From an uncultured delta proteobacterium (GTDB lineage: Bacteria > Myxococcota_A > Polyangia > Fen-1088): a stretch of DNA of 64,000 nucleotides. Position numbers and translations under genes: made by a program. Position 1 is the stretch's first letter. Every line of letters begins with the position of its first letter. The notes under the pieces were generated by a model. It searched no databases. It worked only from the letters and a program-made list of their open reading frames with translations, and was not told the origin of the DNA. Positions 51,486 to 62,018 of this stretch are shown here, piece by piece. The stretch covers positions 96,001-160,000 of the forward strand of contig CAWCMR010000008.1 of assembly GCA_963796685.1 (NCBI GenBank). The letters are read 5' to 3'.

Positions 51486-52386
51486 GTGAAGCCCGGTTCG
51501 GGTCATCCAGCGAGCCTCATCGTCCTCACCAGCATCCTTCACCTGGCTTGCGGAACAGCACGTTCTTCCTCCGCCCCTCCGGCGTATCACTTCACGCAAG
51601 ACTGGTTCGTCGGGAAGGTCTCCTGGCCTGACCTGCTGCGCGAATATCGTGACAAGCCCGACATCCGCTATCTGGAAATCGGTGTGTTCGAGGGCCGCTC
51701 GCTGTTTTGGATGCTCGACAACATCCTCACGGGTAACGGCGCGTCTGCCGTGGCTGTCGACTTGTTCGAACCGAGCTATGAGGGCACCTTTCTCGAGAAT
51801 CTCCGGGTGTCGGGAAAGGCCAGCCGCGTCCGCATCCTCAAGGGTCGCTCGGACAGCGTGCTGCACACCTTGCCCGTGAATTCCTTCGACATCGTCTTCA
51901 TCGACGGAAGTCACGCCGCTCGCGATGTGCTGACGGATGCCGTCCAGGGATGGCTCCTGCTGGCCGACCACGGCCTGATGATCCTGGACGACTACGGAAA
52001 CGAGAAGCCTCGCGACGAGTTCTTATCGCTGTCCCGGGTCCCCGACGAGCTCAAGCCTCGCGTGGCCATCGACGCCTTCATTACGGCTTTCCGCGGAGAA
52101 GCTCGATATCGTGCAGCGAGACTTTCAACTCGTGGTCAGGAAGCGCGCGCCGGCCTGCCAAGATTGGGTCTGTTCCACCGGCCAGAATTGGTTCTACGAC
52201 TGGGCGCAGCGGCGGCTTTTCAAGAGAAAAACCCGAGAGCCCATCCCGCTTACGGAAGAACAGCGGCGTGAGCTAGAATTCATCCTGGCCACCATGCCGT
52301 TCGGTGCCACGACTCCGGAGCCAAGCCAGGAATGCCTTGCCAAGGCCCCGTGCAAGAGCGTGGTCGAGCTCTTGACCGCGCCGTAG
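51486..52386 (+). CDS. class I SAM-dependent methyltransferase (Methyltransf_24-like) with possible lipoprotein signal; +1 frameshift near 52100
   Basis: FTQDWF, YLEIGVFEGRS, FIDGSH, GLMILDDY, PRVAIDAF; N-terminal LIVLTSILHLAC. Confidence 0.75.
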
Positions 52387-52482
52387 GCGACGAGCCGCGG
52401 CGGAAACACACAAGATCTGGCTTTCAGATGGCAACCGCATCAAACTGGCTAAGAGCGGCCCAGGGCCGCCCAAGCTGCATCG

Positions 52483-54741
52483 ATGGCCACCATCAACCGA
52501 GATCACGCCAAGCTCATTTGTGACATTGGGGAGCTGTCCGCCATCATCACCGACGCGTCCGATCTCGACGCCATGTTGCAGAAGATCGTCGATACGGCCG
52601 CCGGCCACATGGAGGCCGACGTCTGCTCGGTGTACCTCTTCGACGAGGCCTGCAAAGAGCTGGTTCTGCGGGCTACGCGCGGTCTTCTGCCAAGCTCGGT
52701 AGGCAACGTGCGCCTGCGGCCGGGAGAGGGCCTCACCGGCCTGGCCTTCTCGGAGCAACGCCCGATCTGCGAAGCGGACGCGCCCTCGCACCCCGCCTAC
52801 CGGTACTTTCCTGGCATCGGCGAGGAGGTCTATCGCTCGTTCGTCGCGGTGCCCATCCTACGCGGCCGCCGTCCGGTGGGTGCCATGACCCTGCAAAGCA
52901 AGCAGCCCGATCACTTTTCGGCCGAAGACGTCCAAGTCTTCCGCGCTATCACCATGCAGCTTGCCACGACCATCGAGATGGCCCGTCTGCTCCTCACCCT
53001 GGAAGCCCCGGCCGCATCGATCGCGCCGACACCAGGCCTTTCCGACTTGCGCTTCGTGCACGGCCAGGTCGGCGCCGAGGGTGTGGCCCTGGGCGAGGTC
53101 GTGCTCATCCGGCAGCCATCCCTGGCCGAGATCCGCGCTCTCATAGGCAGCGTGACGTTGGAGTTGCCCGATTTCCGCCGGGCCGTGGACGCCACCGAGA
53201 AGCAGCTGGAGCACCTCGAAAAGCTCGCGGGGGAGCGCCTTTCCGACGTGACCGCGGTGATCTTCTCGGCGCAGCTCATGATGTTGCGCGATCAAAGCTG
53301 GCTGGGCGCAATGGAGGAACAAATCGCGGCCGGTACGCCTCCCGCCGAGGCCGTTTACCGGGTGCTCCTCAACTATGTCGAGCTCTTCGACCGCATGGAC
53401 AATGCGTACATGCGCGAGAAACGCTACGACGTGATGGACGTGGGCCGCCGGCTGCTCGCCAACCTGTCGGGTCATCGCGCCGTCGAGTCTCGCATCGAAG
53501 GACGCATCGCCATCGCCGCCGAGCTTCTGCCCTCCGATGTCCTCAAGCTGGGCTTGGAGAAGGTCGGCGGCATCGTGCTCCTGTCCGGCGGCGTGACCTC
53601 GCACGTCGCGGTGCTGGCGCGCTCGCTCGATCTGCCGCTGATCTTCGTCGACGAACCGCGCCTGCTCGCGATCCCCGATGGCACGCGCGTGGTCCTCGAC
53701 GCCCGTCAAGGCAACCTGTTCGTGGCGCCCGACGAGGAAGTCGAGCAGCACTTTCGCGAGCAGGAGGACTCGCGTCGCTCGGCCCCTCAGTCGGCCGAGG
53801 GCATGCGCGAGAAGACCCACACCGCCGACGGGACGCGTGTGCGCCTCCTGGCCAACATCAACCTGCTGGCGGACGTCGAGGTCGCGCGCGCGTACAAGGC
53901 CGAGGGCATCGGACTCTATCGCACCGAATTCCCCTTCATGATTCGCAACGATCTTCCCAGCGAGGAAGAGCAGTTGCGTATCTACCGCCGCCTGGTCGAG
54001 GGCATGCCGGGCCGCGAGGTCACCTTCCGCACCCTCGACGTGGGCGGCGACAAGGTGCTCTCGTACTTCGACTATGCCGCCGAAGCCAACCCCTTCTTGG
54101 GTTTGCGCTCGATTCGCTTTTCGCTCCGTCACCGTGACGTCTTCCTACAACAGATTCGCGCCATCCTGCGCGCCGCCCATGACGCCAAGGTGCGCATCAT
54201 GTTTCCCATGATCTCCTCGCCGGACGAGCTGGCCGCCGCGACCGATGCGGTCGACGAGTGCCGAGCTGCCCTCTTGCGTGAGGGCATGCCCGCCTGCCAG
54301 CACGTGCAGCTGGGGATGATGCTGGAGGTCCCGTCGGTGCTGGAGATGATGGACGAGCTCGCTCGACGGGCTGACTTCTTCTCCATCGGCACCAACGACT
54401 TCGTCCAGTACATGCTCGCCGTGGATCGCACCAACGTCAACGTCGCCGATCTGTACATTCCACACCACCCCGCCGTGCTGCGCGGCCTTCATCGCGCCAT
54501 CACGGCAGCCTTGCGCCACGGCCGCGATGTCTCGGTGTGCGGCGACATGGCGCATGATCCACGCTTCGTGCGTTTCCTGCTGGGCATCGGCGTACGCAAG
54601 TTCAGCATGAGCGCGCGCTACCTGCCGCGCGTCCAGGAAGCCATCTTCTCCACCGTCCTCGAAGAGGCGCAGGGCTTCGCCAAGCGCCTCCTCGCCGAGA
54701 GCTCGGTTTCCGGCGCCACCCGGGTTCTCGAAGCCGGGTGA
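52483..54741 (+). CDS. ptsP: GAF-containing PEP-protein phosphotransferase (enzyme I-Ntr)
   Basis: GAF (DVCSVYL, GEGLTG), TSHVAVLAR, GIGLYRTEF, NPFLGLRSIR, SIGTNDF, VCGDMA. Confidence 0.92.
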   Translation: MATINRDHAKLICDIGELSAIITDASDLDAMLQKIVDTAAGHMEADVCSVYLFDEACKELVLRATRGLLPSSVGNVRLRPGEGLTGLAFSEQRPICEADAPSHPAYRYFPGIGEEVYRSFVAVPILRGRRPVGAMTLQSKQPDHFSAEDVQVFRAITMQLATTIEMARLLLTLEAPAASIAPTPGLSDLRFVHGQVGAEGVALGEVVLIRQPSLAEIRALIGSVTLELPDFRRAVDATEKQLEHLEKLAGERLSDVTAVIFSAQLMMLRDQSWLGAMEEQIAAGTPPAEAVYRVLLNYVELFDRMDNAYMREKRYDVMDVGRRLLANLSGHRAVESRIEGRIAIAAELLPSDVLKLGLEKVGGIVLLSGGVTSHVAVLARSLDLPLIFVDEPRLLAIPDGTRVVLDARQGNLFVAPDEEVEQHFREQEDSRRSAPQSAEGMREKTHTADGTRVRLLANINLLADVEVARAYKAEGIGLYRTEFPFMIRNDLPSEEEQLRIYRRLVEGMPGREVTFRTLDVGGDKVLSYFDYAAEANPFLGLRSIRFSLRHRDVFLQQIRAILRAAHDAKVRIMFPMISSPDELAAATDAVDECRAALLREGMPACQHVQLGMMLEVPSVLEMMDELARRADFFSIGTNDFVQYMLAVDRTNVNVADLYIPHHPAVLRGLHRAITAALRHGRDVSVCGDMAHDPRFVRFLLGIGVRKFSMSARYLPRVQEAIFSTVLEEAQGFAKRLLAESSVSGATRVLEAG

Positions 54742-54991
54742 GTGAGACGGCCCCGCCCGGGTCCTCGGGCTGTCGAGTGTCGAAAACGTGCAGCATCCGC
54801 TTGCCATGGGCTGGGACCATCGCGCACAATCCTTGCAGTGGTCCCAGCACAGGCCAGGGAAGATGCCAGACGAGATCAAGCTGTTGCCGGTTTCTCTCGA
54901 TAGGTGCAGCGAACGACGTCCGGCCGGGCAAGAGTGATTTTCCAGTCGCTGGCGGGAAAGACCACCGCGCGGAAACTGCTAGAGATCCTCC

Positions 54992-56596
54992 ATGAATGGC
55001 GAACACGACACCCCCATCGGAACCCCGGTGGTCATCGCTCCGGGAAAAATCTTCCTGGTCGGCGAATACGCCGTGCTCGACGAAGGTTGCGCCGTCTTGG
55101 CCGCCATCACCCTGCACGCCAAGGCCCAATTCATTCCGCGCATGGACGCCATGCCCCCCATGGTCTCGGAGCTGGTCAGACGCGCCAAAACCGAGCTTGG
55201 TGAGGCCGCGTCCGCGCTGCCACCCGGCTCGGTTTTGGTGAACGCAGATGACTTCCATTCCGGCCACGCCACCGGCGGTTTGGGCTCCAGCGCCGCCATC
55301 GCCGTGGCAACGGTGGGCTCGGTGTACGAGTCGCTGGGCCTGGCCATCGAAGAGCACAGACAGCAGATCTTCGCCATCGCTGACGCTGGGCGACGAACTG
55401 CCCAGGGTGACGTGGGGTCAGGCGCGGACACGGCGGTCGCCACCCACGGAGGTCTGGTTCAAGTTACCCGTCACAAGGACACGCTTCCCCGCATCGACTA
55501 TTTGACGGCCCCGGCCGGCCTGCACCTGGTGCCGTTCTCGGCCGGCCGCTCGATCTCCACCCGTCAAATGACGGTCGGTCTACGTGCATACGCGCGAGAC
55601 GAATCGACGGCCTTCGAATACGCGATGGCGAGTCTGCGCGAGATCGCCCATCGCTTCGTTGCAGAATTGACCGCCGGGCGCGCCACGGGCGCGGTGGTCG
55701 CCGCCGGCAGGTATGGCGAGGAGCTGGCCAGGTTGTCGGCGGCCGCGTCGGTCCCCATCGTGACGACCGCCTTCGAGCAGGCCTCCAATCTGGCTCGCGA
55801 GCTCGGTGGCATCGCCAAGCCCATCGGTGCGGGCGGCGGAGAGATCGGCCTGGCCATGTTCGCCACGCCGGAGGCCGCGCAATTGTTCAGGACGGCATGC
55901 ACCAATCCGCTCGTGCCGCTTGCAGGCGACCTCGAACCCTGCGGCGTACGCTGCCACAACTCCGAAAAGACCTCGGAAGACGCCATCGAGGTCGAGGAAG
56001 CCGTGGTCGAAGGAGGCGAGGTCGAAGGAGGCGAGGTCGATGAAAGCGAGGGCGATGCGTCGCCCGAGCCAATCGTCATCGAGCCTGCGCCCGTTCGCGC
56101 ACTCGCTCGCATCGTCGTGACCGCGGAGGAGTTGGACACGGTACGAGAGCGGAAGGCGGATGAGCTCGTGACCGTACGCATCGGCGAGCTGCGTGGCCGA
56201 CGACGACGGCGCATCATTTCGGCCGCCGCCATCGTTCTCGCGGCGGCAGCGGCGTGGTACGCGTTTCCCAGGACCGCCGGGATTCATGGCAAGAGCACGC
56301 CGAAGGCGTCCAGCACGGGTGAAGCTTCGCATCCGTTCGTCGCGATACCCCAAAAGGGAGCAGCGTCCCCGGAAGGCATCGCGGCCCCCGAGGAAACGGC
56401 CGCGCCGGCGGATGTGCGTCCTGCAGCCGCCGTGCCGGAAGCGCCAACCCTCACGCCGGCGCACGAACATGGACATAGGTTCGAGTCGACTCGACACCCG
56501 CACGGTGCTCCGTCTCGCGGACAGGCTTCCGCATCGCGGCCTCGCTCCGCAAGACCGGCACGCCGCGCTGGCAACCTGTCCGCGGACGATTTCTAG
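54992..56596 (+). CDS. phosphomevalonate/GHMP kinase-like domain fused to acidic linker, TM helix and exported Pro/Ala tail
   Basis: APGKIFLVGEYAVL, GLGSSAA, GSGAD, KPIGAGGG; RRRRR then IISAAAIVLAAAAAWYAF; ends AGNLSADDF. Confidence 0.8.
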   Translation: MNGEHDTPIGTPVVIAPGKIFLVGEYAVLDEGCAVLAAITLHAKAQFIPRMDAMPPMVSELVRRAKTELGEAASALPPGSVLVNADDFHSGHATGGLGSSAAIAVATVGSVYESLGLAIEEHRQQIFAIADAGRRTAQGDVGSGADTAVATHGGLVQVTRHKDTLPRIDYLTAPAGLHLVPFSAGRSISTRQMTVGLRAYARDESTAFEYAMASLREIAHRFVAELTAGRATGAVVAAGRYGEELARLSAAASVPIVTTAFEQASNLARELGGIAKPIGAGGGEIGLAMFATPEAAQLFRTACTNPLVPLAGDLEPCGVRCHNSEKTSEDAIEVEEAVVEGGEVEGGEVDESEGDASPEPIVIEPAPVRALARIVVTAEELDTVRERKADELVTVRIGELRGRRRRRIISAAAIVLAAAAAWYAFPRTAGIHGKSTPKASSTGEASHPFVAIPQKGAASPEGIAAPEETAAPADVRPAAAVPEAPTLTPAHEHGHRFESTRHPHGAPSRGQASASRPRSARPARRAGNLSADDF

Positions 56597-56610
56597 GAGA
56601 CCGCCCGGCT

Positions 56611-57082
56611 TCAGTCCAACCTGCGCGAGCTTCTCCCGGATCGACTCCACCAGGACTTCCAGCAGTCGCTCGGCGGAGACGGGCTTGAGCAGATAGCGAT
56701 GGGCACCGCATTCCACGGCTGCGCGTGCGGTGGCGAAGGCAATGCCGCTCGATAGCAGCACCACGGGAAGATCCGCCCGCTGTTCGTGAATGCTCTGCAG
56801 CGTCCGATCCTCGCAATCCAGCAGAGGATCCGCGTCTCCGATGACGACATCGAACGGATGCTCGGTCACGAGGCGAACCGCGCCCTCGCCCTGCGCGACT
56901 CGTACGACCGCATAGCCATACGCCTCGAGGGCACGTCCATATCGCTGCGCCAGCTCGGCGTCGTCGTCCACAATCAGGACCGACGATCGCGGTCGGGTGG
57001 GTGCGGACTCGGCGCGCGCGTGGTTGGAACCCGTGAAGATTGTGTTCGTCGACTCCGGGTTGCCCTGTTGCTCCTTGGCCAC
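56611..57082 (-). CDS. single-domain response regulator (stop probably at 56611 after a +1 error)
   Basis: VLIVDDD, FDVVIGD, PVVLLS, GAHRYLLKP; removing one T gives CAG GTG GAC TGA. Confidence 0.7.
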
Positions 57083-57218
57083 GATCTGAACATCGACCTA
57101 CACCGAAGGGACTTGAGCCCTTTCGGGTGTCGACGACGAATGTCCGCTCCTTTGTGCGAGCTCAGACGACATGGAGCCGATTTCCGCATACTGGTACACT
57201 TGCACGCGGAAAATCAGG

Positions 57219-57740
<522 letters not shown>

Positions 57741-57783
57741 AATCGCCTCCGGCCGATCCGGCAAGCGCACGAGAAAGGGACGC

Positions 57784-59151
57784 ATGAAGAAAAACACCGC
57801 GAGCGGGCTCACGCAATTCGGATTCACGTCCAAGCTGCCCTTGCTGTCATGGCGGGGAATTCTCTACCTGTGGCTGCCGCTCTTGGCCCTGCTCGTCTGC
57901 GGGATGATCATTTCGCAGAAGTTGATCCACCCCGCGCCGACCACCATCCGCCTGCTCAGCGGTCCGGAAGACAGCAGCTACCGCCACCACGCCGAAAAGT
58001 ACAAGAACATCATCGAGCGCTTCGGCGTGAAGGTGATCGTCCTACCTTCTCACGGCGCGCTCGACAATCTCGAGCAGCTGGCCAATCCCAAGGTGAATGC
58101 CGATGTGGCCTTCGTCCAGGGCGGCCTGACCGATGGCGTGGATACCTCCCACCTGTTTTCGCTCGGCAGCGTGTTCGCCCAGCCCCTCATGGTCTACTAC
58201 CACAAGAGCGAGCCGGTCGAAGTGCTATCCCAGTTGAAAGGCAAGCGCCTGGCCATCGGCCCCGAAGGCAGCGGCGCGCGCTCCTTGGCGCTCAAGCTGC
58301 TCAAGGCCAACGACATGGACGGGCCGCCGACCGTGCTGCTCGATCTCGTGGGCGAGGAAGCCGCCAACGAGCTCATCGCCGGGAAGATCGACGCCGCCTT
58401 CATGATGGGCGACTCGGCGACCCCGGCCATCATGCGCAAGCTGCGCAAGATCGACGACATCGAGATCGCCAACTTCCGTCAGGCCGACGGCTACTTGCGC
58501 AAGTTCCGCTTCCTGTCCAAGTTGACCCTGCCCGAAGGCGCCTACGACCTCGGCAAGGACGAGCCGCCCAAGACGCTGAGCTTGGTCGGCCCCACCGTCG
58601 AGCTGGTGGCGCGCAACAACCTCCACCCCGCTCTCTCCGACCTGCTCATCGGCGCCGCCCGGGAGGTTCATGGCGGGCCGGGACTTTTCCGTAATGCCGG
58701 CGAATACCCGGCGCCGCTGGCGCGCGACTTCCCCATCAGTCCCGATGCCGAGCGCTACTACAAGTCCGGCGCGCAGTTCCTGTACAAGAAGCTGCCCTTC
58801 TGGCTGGCCAATCTGCTCGATCGTTTGGTCGTGATCATCGTCCCGCTCTTGGTGATTTTGATCCCGGCCACGAAGGTGGTCCCAACGGGCTACAGGTGGC
58901 TGATGCGTTCGCGCATCTACAAGTGGTACGGCGCCCTGATGACCATCGAGCGCGCCATGCTCGCGCCTCCCACTGCGGAAGAGAAGGTCATTCTGCTCCG
59001 CCGCTTCGAGGCCATCGAGAAGGCGGTCAACGAGCTGAAGACGCCGCCATCCTTCGGCGATCAGCTTTATGTGCTCCGCGATCACGTCCGCTTGGTGCGC
59101 GAGCGCCTGTTTGCCGTGGCCCAGCCGATGGACCAGGCGCGCCCTCAGTAG
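57784..59151 (+). CDS. TAXI-family solute-binding protein with C-terminal TM/coiled extension
   Basis: GALDNL, ADVAFVQGG, LKGKRLAIGPEGSG, LHPAL, LPFWLAN, LYVLRDH. Confidence 0.8.
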   Translation: MKKNTASGLTQFGFTSKLPLLSWRGILYLWLPLLALLVCGMIISQKLIHPAPTTIRLLSGPEDSSYRHHAEKYKNIIERFGVKVIVLPSHGALDNLEQLANPKVNADVAFVQGGLTDGVDTSHLFSLGSVFAQPLMVYYHKSEPVEVLSQLKGKRLAIGPEGSGARSLALKLLKANDMDGPPTVLLDLVGEEAANELIAGKIDAAFMMGDSATPAIMRKLRKIDDIEIANFRQADGYLRKFRFLSKLTLPEGAYDLGKDEPPKTLSLVGPTVELVARNNLHPALSDLLIGAAREVHGGPGLFRNAGEYPAPLARDFPISPDAERYYKSGAQFLYKKLPFWLANLLDRLVVIIVPLLVILIPATKVVPTGYRWLMRSRIYKWYGALMTIERAMLAPPTAEEKVILLRRFEAIEKAVNELKTPPSFGDQLYVLRDHVRLVRERLFAVAQPMDQARPQ

Positions 59152-61014
59152 TTGCAACCCTCTGGTTGAACGGCGGACGGAGAGGTCGAGCAGACTTGGC
59201 ACTGCATATCGAGCTGCGTGCCGGCGGGGAGTGGGCCGGCAGTTATCTCTGCTCGGGTCCGCAGGACGTTGACCAATTGACCGTTGAATGCGCTGGGGCA
59301 CTTCGTCGTATCGCTCGTGAGCTGCCAGCAGTCTGTTGCAATGGTGTCACTGGTCGCGCCTGCTCCACATTGAGGGATCGCCGTCGACGAGTCCACGTAG
59401 ATCACCTTGCTCGGGTCGTTCGGATCGACGGCGGGCGTACGGTAGACGACGCGACAATCCGGCTGCAGTCCTGGGGTCACCAGATCCTGGTCGGCCAGCT
59501 TGTCGTTGATGCATAGGTTTTGCAGGTTCTTGGCGATGCTGGCGCCGATGCCACTCATCGCGCCGGCGAAGTCAGGCTCGCAGATGCTGTACTTGAAACC
59601 GTTGCCGCCGAACTGGTCGATGAACGCCGACATGCGCAGACCTGGCGTGGCTCCATATCCAGCGGCAATCGCATCGAACCCGGTGGTCTGGTCCGTGGTC
59701 GCAACCGTGGGCATGTGATTCGGATCGTAGCAAACCGGCCATGTGTCGTAGACTGCAGGGTGGGCGGTGTCTGCGCTGTTTGGATTGGGAACCAAGGCGA
59801 TCTTGTACTGCGCGGTTGCTGGGTTGCTGCCACTCGGCGACCAGCCGAAAATGCCCGCCACGAGGATCTGGTTGGCGGGATCCGGCTTGAGATTCTTGAT
59901 TTCATCGGCCATGGTCTTGTAATCCCTGAGCGGATTGCAGGTCGTCGGATTCGAGACGTCTACGTCGCTGCTGCAGCTCGTCGCCCACGCGCGCCGCGCA
60001 GTTCGTCAAGGCCATCGAGAATGCGGCGGTGGTTGGATAACCGGGAGGTGGGTTCGTCAAGTTCACGCCGTTGCAAATGTGAGAGCGGGTGTAGCAGCGC
60101 AGACTGGCGGATTCGTTGTTCAGCTCCGGCTTGGCTCCAAACATCGCATCATTCGGCGCTGCCGAGCAGTCGTCCTCGTCGGTCAGAAGGACCAACCCCA
60201 GGTAGGCATTGCCACGCAGCATCTGGTGCTGCTGGTTGTTGACGTCGCCCAGGCCGCCGACGACGAACGCGAACTCGAAGGCTTGCAACTGGTGCTCTTC
60301 GCCACAACCCAGGGTGCCGAGGTTGCCAGCCAGGCAGGCGAACACGGTGTTGATGTCGCCGCTGAAATTGAGGCCTGTGTTTCCCTTGGTCTCGAGGTAT
60401 GTGGCATTGCTGGACACGCCACAGGCCGAGGCGCCGATCATCTGGAACCTGCCCATGTCCCCGAAGCTGGACATGGTTCCGTCAGACAGCGTCTTGGGTC
60501 CGCACGAGCCGCTCACATACGCTCCGCCGGTGCCGAGATCGCTGTCCAGGATGGCGACGCGCAGATCGGGCAAGGTCCCGTCGATGGGATCCTTGAGTGC
60601 CGCAATCAGCTTGGGAAAATTGTCTCTCAGCTTCTGCTGCTTCGGCGCCATGGACGGCGAGTTGTCGATCATGAACACCAAGTCGAGCAAGCGCTGGGGT
60701 GCTACCGAGATTCTGTAGTCGATGGTCGGAGTGCCGGACGGCGCGTCCGGACTGTCGGTCCCCGCGTCCGGTCCGGTCGCTGTCGTGCCGCCGGTCCCAG
60801 GCATTGCGCCGCCGGTCCCAGGCATTGCGCCGCCGGTCCCAGGCATTGCGCCACCGGTCCCAGGCATTGCGCCGCCGGCGCCGCCGGTCCCGGGTAGTGC
60901 GCTGTCGGTCCCGGGGGACGGGCCTATGCCGGCGTAGGGATCGGTCCCGCACCCTACCAACGTCAATGCCGAGAACAAGACCAAGGTGAGCTCATAGGTC
61001 GTTGTCTTTGTCAT
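59145..61014 (-). CDS. Cys-rich lipoprotein with vWA-like domain; +1 frameshift near 59980
   Basis: Lipobox LVGC; LDLVFMIDNSPSM (MIDAS DxSxS), GTLGCGEE, LTDEDDCS, SICEPDF; both halves join on removing one base. Confidence 0.78.
60787..60870. repeat. coding tandem repeat, 21 bp x4 (GAMPGTG)
   Basis: GCCGCCGGTCCCAGGCATTGC x4 with one mismatch. Confidence 0.9.
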
Positions 61015-61024
61015 GCTTGGACCT

Positions 61025-61049
61025 GTCCCTCCAGATCGCGAGCCCTTAC
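61025..61049 (-). promoter_or_regulatory. candidate ECF promoter of the vWA lipoprotein gene
   Basis: GTAAGG-N12-GAGGGAC, ending 10 nt before the ATG; near-identical to 63970-63994. Confidence 0.5.
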
Positions 61050-61076
61050 AAAAGAATCTGCGCAGTCGCCACCAGC

Positions 61077-62018
61077 TCAAAGAATTCCCAGGGAGAATCC
61101 GAGCGCGGCGCGCACCTCCCACCCCGGTAGCGGCTCGGCGACATTGGAGATAGAGGACCCCTGCTCGCTGAGCACGCTACGACCCTGCGGCCACGCGATG
61201 GTGTCCAGCCGTACCCACATTTCGTTGCGTTTCCACGGCAGCGCCAGGGTAACCCCGGCATCCACGCCCCACATGACCGAGCTGTCGCTCTGATTCGTCT
61301 GGTAGTCGCTGCCATGGACGAGCAGGACGCCCAAGGCAGGTCCGACGTGCGCACGCAGCAGCCAGCGCTGGCGATAGAGCTCGAAGGTCGCTGAAAAGAC
61401 GATGGTCGGCCGCTGAATGTGGGCCGTGCCCTGACCGATCTTCATCTGCCGGGACGAGGTCATGGAGGCCTCCAGCAGCCAGCCCACGTTCTCGAGCAAG
61501 CCGGGCATCCCGACCGCCGCAAGGAGGCCCGCGCTGGCGCCAAGCCTGTCGCTCAGGCCGAAGACACCAGCGCCCAGCAACGTGTGCGTGCCGATCGACA
61601 GCCGCCGGCCCTCCGCCTCGTCAGATGAATCGGCGTCCCCGGCAGCTTTCGCCTCGTGACGGACCTCGCGCGGCGGAATGCCGGGAGCACGGATGGTTCC
61701 GACCGGCATGGCGTCGAGCCACGCGGCGATGATGAACGCCGCCATTTCGGCGCGCGCCTCGCAATCGCCGGTCACCAAGACCGTGCGCTGGCGGCTCTCT
61801 TCGCCTGGCGTAGAGACCTCGATGCGCATGGAGTCGCCCTCGCTGCGCACCCGTGCCGAGGCGCTCTCCGGGCCGCCTGCCGCCAGAAGACCGAGCAGCT
61901 TCAGGCTGATGGCATCCGAGGAAGGACAATCGGAGTTGCTGGAAACACGCGCGGCGGCAGCCGATTGCGAAGGAATCGCCAGGACCGTCGCGGTCAGCAC
62001 CAGGAGAGCAGCTTTCAT
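61077..62018 (-). CDS. exported protein with probable C-terminal beta-barrel (third gene of ECF triad 2)
   Basis: Signal peptide; N-domain with CPS...DCEARAE; amphipathic strands; ends EVRAALGFSLGIL. Confidence 0.72.
   Translation of the reverse strand: MKAALLVLTATVLAIPSQSAAAARVSSNSDCPSSDAISLKLLGLLAAGGPESASARVRSEGDSMRIEVSTPGEESRQRTVLVTGDCEARAEMAAFIIAAWLDAMPVGTIRAPGIPPREVRHEAKAAGDADSSDEAEGRRLSIGTHTLLGAGVFGLSDRLGASAGLLAAVGMPGLLENVGWLLEASMTSSRQMKIGQGTAHIQRPTIVFSATFELYRQRWLLRAHVGPALGVLLVHGSDYQTNQSDSSVMWGVDAGVTLALPWKRNEMWVRLDTIAWPQGRSVLSEQGSSISNVAEPLPGWEVRAALGFSLGIL

Noticed and set aside
55580-56610. 500-aa response regulator overlapping the kinase-like gene
   Set aside because: The extension is antisense to a better gene and disappears if one T near 56618 is removed.
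57098-57100. Pyrrolysine or stop-codon readthrough at an in-frame TAG
   Set aside because: No pyl genes in the window, the upstream peptide has no domain character, and TAG is a normal stop here.
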